Shown: positions 38,567-50,842 of the stretch, in pieces | How positions within the stretch are numbered: position 1 is the first letter of the stretch | Layout of the letters: every line of letters begins with the position of its first letter | Origin: Raja brachyura | Taxonomy: Eukaryota | DNA length: 64,000 nt | NCBI GenBank assembly: GCA_963514005.1 | Contig: OY740787.1 | Coordinates: 71,114,001 to 71,178,000, forward strand | Reading direction: 5' to 3' | The notes under the pieces: generated by a model | Seen by the model: only the letters and a program-made list of their open reading frames with translations | Told to the model about the DNA's origin: nothing | The model's database searches: none | Program-made: the position numbers and the translations under genes

Positions 38567-41500
38567 CTTGTACTGTAAGGACGCAGGATGTTGCTGCAGT
38601 ACCATGTTGGTTGAATATTACACATGCATAAACTCCTTCATGTTCTTGGCATATGCAGTTAATACTCAATGAGGATTTATTTTCTGTGGAGTAAATATCA
38701 TAATCCCTGTTCTGTAGAATTGGATGTTCATCCTTGTACCATGTTACCATAGGTTGTGGGTGTCCATGAAATTGACATTCAAGGACACAGGTGGCTCCTA
38801 GTTTAATTTTAGGAGACGTAATATGGTGAAAAAATACTGGAGGACAATGTTTGTTTAGGTTAATGGAAGGAGTCCCTGCTTTTGAAGATTCATTCACAGC
38901 TTTATATTTATAATGATGGTCTTCTGCTGGAGTCTCTTTTATTAATGAACTGAATAAATCCAAACTGTGTGTTTCTTCTTTTAAGGACGATGTTTGGGTA
39001 TGTGTCATAGTTGGAGAAAGGCATTCAACTTCCCTTTCATGTTGTTTCTGATCAATTTTAGTTGCATTAATCACTGTTGGCTCTCTGAATGCTGATTGAT
39101 CAGATATTATTTGGTCACTTTCTAGTTTCTCTGTTGAATCTTCTTTGTGAGTACTGGCAAATCTATCAAGAGTTTTCATATGGCCTTCCTTAAATTCAAG
39201 GTTCCAAGGAGAATCTCTTCTAAACACCGATGAAACTGAAGTCTCTTTTTTGTAAACTGAAGTCTCTTTTTCCTTTGATAAAGGCGAAGCCTTCATCATC
39301 CATGTGGAATTCAGAACCTTTGCTTCAGATTGTGATTCTTTTTGTCTGATTTCATCTTCATAAATCTCCTCAGCATCCTTTGCTTTTAAGGACTGAAAGT
39401 ACATTTTGTTATTGTTGTCAAGTTTCTCTGGTAAAACCTTCTTTTGTGCTTGGAACAAAATTCCACATTGCTTTATATAATCTGCCTTGTGGTCTTCCGT
39501 AGGTTCAGATGTACTTAAAGAGGTTGGCGCGTCATTTCTATTAGGTGAAAATGGGTGGATTGTGCTATTAATCTGTTTTTTATATTGTGGTTCTTTCTGG
39601 TTCTGATTGATATTAGAAATGTTAATCACCTCAACAGATGTGCAAAGATTTGATGCTTCAAGGACCTCATCAGATTTTTCAGCAACAAGGTTCCTCATTA
39701 CACTAACAATACCACCAGCAAATTGGTCAGGAGGTGTCTTAGTACCTTCATTAACCTCTGATATATGTTGAGATTCTCTCACTTCACCCACAGTTTCCTT
39801 TAGGTATGAACTGACAGTTGGGTAAGCATCTTTGTTCTCTGATACAGAAGGGGCCAAACTTAAAATAGGATCTTTAACCTTTCCTTCACACTGTTCATTT
39901 TGACTGATTTCAGAAACACCAATCACATTCATTTGTTTTACTGCTAACTTGGATTGAACAGCCGTTTGGATTTCATAATTATCTTCAGATTTTGTTACTG
40001 GATTGTCTGATTCCACATAAATAAAATGTCCATAGCTTCTTTCAGATGCTGGTTCATCTTTTTCTTGAACCTTAGATTCCTTTGGAGGTTTCTTTATATC
40101 CACTTGAAGTTGTTTTAGCACTGGGATAAAAAAGGCTGAAGCTTCTCTCTTCTTTGCTGTCAAAGGCGAATGCCTCATGACATGGACAGAATCTATAATC
40201 TCTTCTTCATATTGGCTTTCTTTTTGATTGATTTTGAGCACATCAATCATCTCTGATGGAGAATGATCAGGTTTTCCACAAACTCCTGTTTTTTGGGTTA
40301 GTAAATCATTTTGTTTGCCAGCGTGTCTTATAGATGTTTCATTGTTTACCTTTGTAATTTTATTTGGAATATGTTTTATATCTTCTTGTGTGTTTTTAAT
40401 TAAAGAACTAGTGAAACTTGATATTTCTTTTTTCTCTGGTAATTTAGAGGGTAATATTGTTTGGTAATCATCTTTAATTTTGCCTTCAGATTGCACCACT
40501 TTTTCATTTATGTTAATTACACTTATTGCCTCAATGTCTTTGGATGCCAATTTGGTTTGATCAACAGTTCTGCAATCAGATCCAGGCATCTGTTTTTGAA
40601 AGATATTTCTAGGTAAATTGTCAGAACTAATAACATGGTCTTTTTTTGCTTCACATTTACCCAAGGTTTTGTTTATTTCTACTGCATTAGCATCCAAAGG
40701 TGTGCTGACAGGAACTGAGATGTTTTTTTCTGGTAATAAAGAAGGAATCAACTTTTGTGCGCACTCCCCCATTATGTCTTCCTTTACAATTAAACTAGAT
40801 TCATATTTTTCTGTTGCTCTGAAGTGGTCAGACATTAAATGACTGCTTCTAGTTTTCCTTGCAAGTGAGTTTTGCACACTTTGATCAGAAAATATGTCAT
40901 TATTTTTATTGAACTTGTATTTATTTTGAGGTTCTTTTATCTCTGCCAGAGTTTGCTTTACTGGTGTTAGAAACTCTTTTTCCTTCAATAAAATGTCTGT
41001 ACACTCAACTGTATCTGCAAACTGTTTAACTACCTCAGTTTCTCTGGCTGCTTTAGTTTTTCTGGTTCCAGGTATGAAATAATCCAACGTCTCCCCAGAA
41101 ACATCTGATTGGAAATCTCTCTGCACACTAATAATTTTTCCAAATAGTTGGTCTGAAGGTATATGTAGTTCCTCACAAAGTGCACTCTTTGCTTCTTTTC
41201 TTATGTTATATTCTTTCTGAAAACTACGTTTACCAGATTCCTGTGCTTCCAAACAATATTGATCCTCATGCGACTCTTCCGTCTCTTGAGATGAATCACC
41301 TTTCAATATTTGCTCTTTTAATGACTTTATGACTTCCGTTCTGGAAGATTCTTCAATTATATTTTCTTCACGGACATTTTTAAATTCTGTTTCCAGTGAA
41401 GGAAGCCCTAATATCCGTTCCATCTGTTGTTGTCGTTCAAGAGGTCCTTTCCGAAAGTAATCACCTGGAGACTCTGTCTGCTCGTACACAAAATGACATT

Positions 41501-42460
41501 TACTATCTGCATGGTTCATGCAGTCAAGATCTCCCATACTTCTACTACGCTCTCTGTCTAAATAAATATGACTGTATTTTTGATTGCCTTCAGTTGAAGT
41601 ATCTAGGTCAAATGAAGCTTCAGAGAGTGCAAGAGAAAATCTCTTTTTTCTTTTAGCTTCACGTAAAAGATGCAGTTTAATCTTTATATCTTCATCGATC
41701 AAGCTATCTTCGTTGAGAATCGTCCCACATAATCTAGGTGAATATATTACTGCAGACCTATTAATAGCAGGATCATCATATTTAGTTGCTCTGAATGTAC
41801 TTTCAATATACATTGTACGCATCAGTCTACTTCTAGAATTTGACTTAGTTTGCAAAGCTCCTTGAAACACAAACTTCTTCTCAAAAGGAGACCCAACATG
41901 CCTAAGATCAACTTTAAGTCTTGCGTTCCGATTTTTAACCAAAGTGTCCACGCTTTGGTGAGCCATCACTGATCTTTTCACAAAATTTAGATAGTTTTCA
42001 TTTTGCTCCTCTTTAAGTGCAACAAGTAAAGATGCAGTTGATTCTGCTGATCCTTCTGAGTTTATTGCAAATATCTTGTAGCTCCCGGAATCCTTCTCTT
42101 CTACATTATTGATTTCCAAACTGGAGCTATGAATGTGCATTGTGCTTTCTGTTTTAATAACCTTTCTTGAATCTTTACGAATAGGTCTGTTGTTATGAAA
42201 CCATGCAACGTTTGGTGCTGGGCTGGCAACCATTTTGCATTTAAAAGCAGTTTGCTCTCCTTCCATTACAGATTTGAATTTCAGCTTTTCTGTAAAAGAT
42301 GGCCTGAAATTTTCAGGCCAAGAACCTACAGAAGATGTTCTACTTGCACAACGTTTAGCAGAAACTAGACCTTGATCTAAATAATCTTCAGCATCAGAAA
42401 ATGCATCCCGCAGGTTTTCTCTGTTTTCCAAACGTTCTCTCCCATCATCAAATAATAACT
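38567..42460 (-). CDS. ttn: Titin Novex-3, first exon (Ig, long unique region, Ig), 3894 bp
   Basis: ctacag|AGTTA acceptor, CAAG|gtaaaa donor; RDAFSD, SRTSSVGSWPENFRPSFTEKL, AINSEGSAESTASLLV and CPPVF...FNQHG match Novex-3. Confidence 0.92.
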
Positions 42461-43638
42461 CTGTAGAAAAAAGAATAAATTGAATGGTTTCTTAGAAATC
42501 AGTTAAAATATTAAGAATTAAATGTAATACAAATCTGAAACATGAAATTACAAACTTTATGCATTAGCATTTTTTACAATTACTATAAAAAATTCACTCA
42601 CCATATTTGTTCGAATAAACGCAAGACCATTTTCTGTTTAAAAGTTTCTGAGCAGGAAAAATCGCTCGTTCTTTGTTCTTTCTTCAGACTGTAGCAATTT
42701 CTTGTCAAAAATCATATTAGAATGTGTATTTTGAAAAAAGCATAAAGTGATCTCATGACAGAATAGAATTTTATTTTAAGTAAAATCTGTCTCTGTAATG
42801 AGTTGGGGACATCTAGATTATTACAAATTCTTACCTGACTTGCAAATAGCAGAATAAACGCCTTTCTGCTCCTTTTGGTAGTAGTTAATTTTTTCAGCCA
42901 GTTTGATGAGTATAGATTTTAATTTGAATACAGATAGAGATAAATTCTTTATAATTTATCATACATTGCATGAGAAGGCGTTTATTCGAACTAATACAGG
43001 TGCTAGATTAACAGTGTTATGCAAAAAAAAGCCAACACACATAAATATACTACTATCTGCAAGTCAATGTAAGTACGATTTGATTGATGTCATGTAAATA
43101 TAAGAAAATAAATGCAAAAATGTATAATATTCTAATCAACTATCAGTTAGTAAAATATTGCTTGCAATGTCTTTACGTATGATTCTTAGTGTTAAGCTCA
43201 TCAGAAACTACTAAGAACAGAACTCTGATGAAACTACAGAACCAAGAAAATAAAAGATTAATATGTACGATTTTGGGATTTAAGCACTAAACATTAAGCA
43301 CAGCCCATTCAAGCACTTTTCATTGCATCCTTCATATTCACGTATACCCACATACACCACAAGTTGTATATCAATTTTAATAATAAGCAAATCTGCACTG
43401 AAATTCAGTTTGATTATGAGCAAATAACAATGGGAAGAAGTAAAGTTGCCTGTAAAATAAATAAATGTAAAGGATTTTTATATCAAAATGAGAATTACAA
43501 TTTGACGACAAATTACATTAACACATGCAATTTCATAATGTTTCATAATGTAGCACATTATCGAGATGAGAACAAAGCAGATCGGTCAGAGGATTTTAAA
43601 TGGTATCTCGCAAATTCATCAAATAATAAAAACATTAC

Positions 43639-43689
43639 CTCTCACTTCCATTTCAATCTGTTTTTCAATTTTGTCTTGAATCTTTCTTT
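43639..43689 (-). CDS. ttn: Titin 51-bp linker exon (human exon 47 equivalent); its frame is not in the ORF track
   Basis: tttactgcag|AAAGA acceptor, GAGAG|gtaatg donor; ERKIQDKIEKQIEMEVR, similar to recalled human ILHERIEQEIEMEMK. Confidence 0.9.
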
Positions 43690-44114
43690 CTGCAGTAAAT
43701 GAAAACAAATAAAATTGAGTATAATTTCAGAAGTGCAACCACCATTGTTTTTCCAATTTGTAAATAAAAGTGCAAAAAAGAAAAATGAACTATGAAATAT
43801 GCAAAACCATACAATCATACATGCAAAATAGCAGAGGTATATCCGTTGATTGCAGCTTTCAAAATGTATCACCAAACAACTGGTTGATTGAATCACAAAG
43901 CTAATTCAGACAACCCAGGATTTTGTAAACAAAAATCTGTTTTGCTCTGTAACAAAACATTAAACATGCCTCACATGCCTAATCCATTTTAAAGTAAAAA
44001 GGAGTGCAATAATCCACAGCGACACAAGATGACTTCGCAAAGATTCTTTCCATGACTGTGCTGAGATGCATGATAGAGTCACATGGGGAAGGATCAAAGC
44101 ATGCAATTGCCAAC

Positions 44115-44630
44115 CTGTCACACTAAGTAGAGTGTTGCACGCTGTTTCTCCTGCAGAATTAACCGCTTTGCATGTATAAGCACCACTGTGACTCTGGCTG
44201 ACTTTCAGTAACTTTAAGCTGCATAGCAACCCATCATGTTTTATGGAACATATTGAAGATTCTTCAACTATGCGTTGGTTGCACAGCCAAAGAACACAAG
44301 GCGATGGTAGACCCTTTACAATGCAAAACAGCAAAACATCTTCTCCATCTTCCACAATGATTTCTGGAGGCAACTTTTCTAAGAATGCTGGTGCAATCGC
44401 TCCAATGTCTATTAATTCATCACTGGGCACCACGTCAGGATAGTAGTCTCGGCTTCTTTGCTTTTCTGTTCTAGTTGGTCGTTTGGTTGAAGTAGGTGGT
44501 GAGCTTGATTGTTTCTTTAGAACTTCTGATTTGCTATTAGATGTGATATGAGGCCTTTGTTCAATTTTAGAGATATCTGAACTGCTATCAGTGGGAATTT
44601 TAGCACCTGTTTGGGGTTTTGTTTCTTCAG
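44115..44630 (-). CDS. ttn: Additional Novex-like titin cassette exon (516 bp): S/T/P/K-rich linker plus one Ig
   Basis: ttcttgcatag|CTGAA acceptor, ACAG|gttggc donor; 172 open codons, symmetric phase 1; AEETKPQTGAKIPTDSS...APAFLEKLPPEIIVEDGED...HSGAYTCKAVNSAGETACNTLLSVT. Confidence 0.8.
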
Positions 44631-44925
44631 CTATGCAAGAATAAAATTAGGATAAATGTTAAGTGATTTAGCAATTTCAGCAAAGTAAATACTTGAAAAA
44701 TATAAAACAGCCCAAAATAATGTGTTCAATAATTCATGCAAACTAGTGTGATGAAATGTCTAGTGTTAAAGTTTGTATAAATCACTAGCTAACATCTTAA
44801 ACAAAACATATTACTGTTAAAAGGTAAATTCAGGATCTTCATAAATAGATACTAAATTAATTTTGGGTAAGAAACAATGAAGTGGATGAATCAGGATGCT
44901 GTCTTTAAATAAAATTATAAACAAC

Positions 44926-45810
44926 CACCTTCGACTGTAAGTACGGCAGTAGTCTTCATTTCTCCACCTTGATTTCTTGCAGTACAGCTATACTGTCCCT
45001 GATCTTCTATGTGCACATTGAGGATGGTGAGAGACATAACATTTCCATTCCGAGATATCTTCAGTCTTCCTGATTCTTCCAATCTTCTGTTTCTGTGACT
45101 CCATATAATCTCTGAAAAAGTTTCTTCATTAAAAGAACAGATGAACTGTGCCATCTGACCAGCTTTGACTCTGAGATCACTAAGTTGAAGTAGAATTGCA
45201 GGGACTTCAAGGCCTGGTTTAGCTGCAGCAATAGTTACTTTTGCTTTACATTTTGCCTCACCATGAGGATTCACAGCTTTGCAGTTATACACTCCGGTGT
45301 CCTCTTCATTCACGTTTTGTATAATTATCTCAGATGAAGTTAAAGCTTCAGCTTCTGTTATAGTTACAATTTTTATTCTTTTAGCTTCCACAACTTCTTG
45401 GTCTTCTTTGTACCATGTTATTTCAGGTTTTGGAATTGCTAGAATTTGACATTTTAGCGAAGTTGTTTCGCCTAACATAACTGTGATGTTTTCCATATCT
45501 TGTAGGAACTTTGGTGCAACTTGAGATCCACTTCTGATTGCTTCAGTCTTGCTAACTTTTTGAGATTCTCCCCAGCTTTCAGAAGAAACTGTCTTGGTGG
45601 ATGAAGTCATGGAGATACTTTCAAACATCTGAACATTGTACGAATGTTCTTGTTGTAAACTGACTTCCTCTGTATAGTTCTTTGTATGCTTTAAGGTCAT
45701 AGGACACTCCATATGCATTTCTGATACTTCAAAAGTCTTTGAAGAGATGGATTCCGCTACAGCTTTTCCAGAAGTTATGCTCTGACTATCTATGCTTTGC
45801 ACTTTGTAAT
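44926..45810 (-). CDS. ttn: Titin Novex-2-like cassette exon: unique sequence plus two Ig domains
   Basis: tcag|ATTAC acceptor (in-frame alternative AG gives start 45801); donor after GAAGGTG at 44926 (alternative 44929). VQSIDSQS, SYNVQMFESIS and the last Ig (LLQLSDLRVKAGQMAQFIC...TTAVLTVEG) resemble recalled human Novex-2. Confidence 0.85.
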
Positions 45811-47219
45811 CTGAGTAACAAAAGACAAAATATTAATCATGATATTAAATCATGACTGACAAATTAAAGAAAGCAATAGTTTATGTTGTCCAACGGTCAA
45901 CCCAGCATGCTGGCCACATGCTTAAGAAGTGCAATTCACTTGATGAGGAATGTACCCATGTTCTCTTCCTCAAATAGCATCTGCAAATTCTTTGGAAGAA
46001 AATGGCATTCATTTGAACAAAATGATGATTTAGTTCTTCTCTTGCAAATATCCAAGATGCAGATGAATTAATGCGTCAATGTATCAAGATGAAAGGCTTT
46101 CATACTGGTGCATTAAAGTCGTCAGGTTTTTGAATAATGAGGTGACATGGTAAGAAATTGAAAGCTAATGGAAATAATCAAATGTACTCTTGCAGATACT
46201 ATATTTTCAGAATAAATATTGACCTCATATACTATGTATGTATATTGTCCAGCATGTTGCTAAGCCAATAATTATAATGTAAACATTGTTCTGAGAATTA
46301 TCAAAATAAAGTACTAGGTCTTCTCTTAGCTCTATCATATGCCCATAATGATGTCATTACGCTTTAATTTGGGAAGTATAGTAACTTTTGCCGCTGCCCC
46401 ATACTTCATTTGCCTACTCAAAATAAACTCCGTAAAGATGGACCTCTGGGCAGAGGATGCATCTAAAGGCAACCAAAATAGGACATATGTCACTAAGCCT
46501 TTGTTCAAATTTCTTCAACCTTTTTATATCTTGTAGAGGAAATCTACTTTAACTTGTTTGACAGGTGTTAATGATAGAGCCAAAATACCAACTTGAAAAA
46601 ATGTCCGGCTCTGTATGCTCTAGTTATTTTAGCTGCATTTGTAATGAACTATGAAAATTTCAGTCTTTGATATTTCAGTCTTTAATAATCTTAAAACTTA
46701 AACTAGTGCAAGAGGAGACCTAGTTTTAACTCAAGAAAATTCAAACAAAATGATTTTTAAATGTTTTATTGGTGTATATATTTACAGTTATAACATATTA
46801 AGTTGTTTTAACAAAAAAAAAATCTGCATTAGAAAACGGTATAGTCATGTTATAGTGGAATTCCAGTGTGCACAGCAGCTGGTCTCTGTTTACCTTAGAG
46901 GTGGATGGAAGAACTGGCCATGAGATGTACTACAGAAGTGGAAGCAATGTGGCTGGGTGAGTTGCTTGATGAAGTCTATGCAGTGCCCTCCATAATGTTT
47001 GGGACAAAGACCCATCATTTAATTAGTTCCCTCAGTACCCCACAATTTGAGATTTGTAATAGAAAAAAGTCACACGTGGTTAAAGTGCACATTGTCAGAT
47101 TTTATTAAAGGCCATTTTTATACTTTTTGGTTTCACCAGTTGTGTTTATACATAGTCCCCCAATTTCAGGGCACCATAATGTTTGGTACACATGGCATCA
47201 CAGGCATTTTTGTTTAATT

Positions 47220-50200
47220 TAGTGTTATATAATGAACCGGATTTGATAAAGGACCTCGAGGTTAATGAGCCATTAGGAGGCAGTGACCATAACATGGTCA
47301 GGTTTAATCTACAATTGGAGAGGGAGAAGAGTATTTTGTTGTCTCTGTACTGTACACTGACAATGACAATTAAAATTGAATCTGAATCTGAGTAGATCAG
47401 AGGTGTCAGTGTTGCAGTTGAATAGAGGGGACTATGGGGCCATGAGGGGGAAGCTGGCCAAAGTTGACTGGAAAGGTACACTAGCAGGGATAATAGTGGA
47501 ACAAAAATGGCAGGTGTTTCTAGGAATAATACAGAAGGTGCAGGATCAGTTCATTCTTCGAAGGAAGAAAAATTCCAAGGGGAGAAAGGGTCGACCATGG
47601 CTGACAAGGGACGTCAGGACAGTATAAAAATTAAAGCGAAGAAGTACAACGGAGCAAAGATGAGTGGGAAGCAAGAGGATTGGGTAATGTTTAAAGAACA
47701 ACAGAAGATAACTAAAAAGACAATACGGGGAGAAAAGATGAGGTATGAAGGTAAGCTAGCCAAGAATATAAAGCAGGATAGTAAAAGCATCTTTAGTTAT
47801 GTGAAGAGGAAATAATTAGTTAAGACCAAAGTTGGACCCTTGATAATCGAAAAAGTGAATTTATTATGGGGAACAAGGAAATGACAGAAAAGGAGTTGAA
47901 CAGGTGCTTTGGATCTGTCTTCACTAATGAGGACACAAACAATCTTCCTGATATAGTAGTGGCCAGAGGATCTGGGGTGACGGAGGAACTGATGGAAATC
48001 CAGGTTGGTTAAGAAGGTTCAACTGTTGGGTATAAATGCAGGAATAGCAAGATGGATTCAACAGTGGTTGCATGGGAGAAGCCAGAGGGTAATGGTGGAT
48101 GGCTGTTTGTCGGGTTGGAGGCAGGTGACTAGTGGGGTGCCTCAGGGATCTGTGTTGGGTCCTTTGTTGTTTGTCATGTACATCAATGATCTGGATGAAG
48201 GGGTGGTAAATTGAATTAGTAAGTATGCAGATGATACCAAGATAGGGGGTGTTGTGGATAATGAAGAGGATTTCCAAAGTCTACAGAGTGATTTAGGCCA
48301 GTTGGAAAAATGGGCTGAAAGATGGCAGATGGAGTTTAATGCTGATAAATGTGAGGTGCTATACCTTGGCAGGACAAATCAAAATAGGACGTACATGGTA
48401 AACGGTAGGGAATTGAAGAATACAGTTGAACAGAGGGATCTGGGAATAACCGTGCATAGTTCCTTGAAGGTGTAATCTCATATAGATAGGGTGGTAAAGA
48501 AAGCTTTTGGTATGCTAGCCTTTATAAATCAGAGCATTGAGTATAGAAGCTGGGATGTAATGTTAAAATTGTACAAGGCGTTGGTGAGACCAAATCTGGA
48601 GTATGGTGTACAATTTTGGTCGCCCAATTATAGGAAGGATGTCAACAAAATAGAGAGGGTACAGAGGAGATTTACTAGAATGTTGCCTGGGTTTCAACAG
48701 CTAAGTTACAGAGATAGGTTGAATAAGTTAGGTCTTTATTTTCTGGAGCGCAGAAGGTTAAGGGGGGACTTGATAGAGGTCTTTAAAATGATGAGAGGGA
48801 TAGACAGAGTTAATGTGGACAAGCTTTTCCCTTTGAGAATAGGGAAGATTCAAACAAGAGGACATGACTTTAGAATTAAGGGACAGAGGTTTAGGAGTAA
48901 CATGAGGGGGAACTTCTTTACTCAGAGAGTGGTAGCGGTGTGGAATGAGCTTCCAGTGGAAGTGGTGGCGGCAGGTTCGTTGGTATCATTTAAAAATAAA
49001 TTGGATAGGCATATGGATGAGAAGGGTATGGAGGGTTATGGTATGAGTGCAGGCAGGTGGGACTAAGGGAAAAAAGTTGTTCGGCACGGACTTGAAGGGC
49101 CGAGATGGCCTGTTTCCGTGCTGTAATTGTTATATGGTTATATGGTTAATCCAAATTAGGCAGGAAATGGTGTTAGATAGACTGATGGGACAGAAGGCTG
49201 ATAAATCCCCAGGGCCTGATGGTCTGCATCCCAGAGTACTTAAGAAAGTGGCTCTAGAAATCGTGGATGCATTGGTGATAATTTTCCAATGTTCTACAGA
49301 CTCAGGATCAGTTCCTGTGGATTGGAGGGTAGCTAATGTTATCCCACTTTTTAAGAAAGGCGGGAGAGAGAAAACAGGGAATTATAGACCAGTTAGCCTA
49401 ACATCGGTGGTGGGGAAGATGCTGGAGTCAATTATAAAAGATGAGATAGCCGAACATTTGGATAGTAATAACAGGATCGGTCCGAGTCAGCATGGATTTA
49501 CGAGGGGGCAATCTTGCTTGACTAATCTTCTGGAATTTTTTGAAGATGTAACTAGGAAAATTGACAAGGGAGAGCCAGTGGATGTAGTGTACCTGGACTT
49601 TCAGAAAGCATTTGATAAGGTCCCACATAGGAGATTAATGGGCAAAATTAGGGCACATGGTATTGGGGGTAGAGTGCTGACATGGATAGAGAAGTGGTTG
49701 GCAGACAGGAAACAAAGAGTAGGGATTAACGGGTCCCTTGCAGAATGGCAGGCAGTGACTAGTGGGATACCGCAAGGCTCGGTGCTGGGACCGCAGCTAT
49801 TTACAATATATATTAATGAACATATTATATTATTATTATATAACATATAATTATTTACAATGTACATCAATGATTTGGATGAAGGGATTCAAAGTAGCAT
49901 TAGCAAATGTGCAGATGACACAAAGCTGGGTGGCAGTGTGAACTGCAAGGAGGATGCTATGAAAATGCAGGGTGACTTGGACAGGTTGGGAGAGTGGGCA
50001 GATGCTTGGCAGATTAAGTTTAATGCAGATAAATGTGAGGTTGTCCACTTTGGTAGCAAAAACAGGAAGGCAGATTACTATCTAAATGGTGTCAAGTTGG
50101 GAAAAGGGGAAGTACAATGGGATCCGGGGGTCCTTGTACATCAGTCTATGAAAGTAAGCATGCAGGTACAGCAGGCAGTGAAGAAAGCGAATGGCATGTT

Positions 50201-50842
50201 GGCCTTTATAACAAGAGGAAACTAATATATGAGCAAAGAGGTCCTTCTGCAGTTGTACAGAGCCAGAGTGAGACCACACCTGGAGTACTGTGTGCCGTTT
50301 TGGCCCCCTAATTGAGGAAGGACATTCTTGCTATTGAGCGAGTGCAGCATATATGTTTACAAGGTTAATTCCCGGGATGGCGGGACTGTCATATGCTGAG
50401 AGAATGGAGCAGCTGGGCTTGTACACTCTGGAGTTTAGAAGGATGAGAGGGAATCTCATTGAAACATATAAGATTGTTAAGGGCTTGGACACGCTAGAGG
50501 CAGGATACATGTTCCCGATGTTGGGGGAGTCCGGAACCAGGAGCCACAGTTTAAGAATAACGAGTAAGCCATTTAGAACGGAGACAAGGAAACACTTTTT
50601 CTCATTGGGAATGGTGAGCCTGTGGAATTCTCTGCCTCAGAGGGCGGTGGAGGCAGGTTCTCTGGATGATTTAGAGAGAGAGCTAGATAGGGTTCTTTAA
50701 AATAGCGGAGTCAGGGGATATGGGGAGAAGGAAGGAACGGGGTACTGATTGGGGATGATCAGCCATGATCACATTGAATGGCAGTGCTGGCTCGAAGGGC
50801 CGAGTGGCCTACTCCTGCACCTATTGTCTATTATCTATTATA
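47220..50842 (+). mobile_element. Long CR1 LINE (ORF2 from the endonuclease end through RT) inserted in the Tc1
   Basis: [53 protein letters not shown]; attgtct tail; possible TAATT duplication. Confidence 0.9.
48003..49147 (+). mobile_element. Second CR1 subfamily nested within the first CR1
   Basis: [13 protein letters not shown]...LVRPNLEYGVQFWSP; (gttatatg)n tail; AATCCA duplicated at 47997-48002 and 49148-49153. Confidence 0.9.

Noticed and set aside
2013-41865. Many plus-strand ORFs overlapping titin exons (e.g. 4669-4989, 14413-14721, 28708-29148, 35780-36145)
   Set aside because: Antisense shadows of Ig and unique coding exons, with no independent motifs or gene structure.
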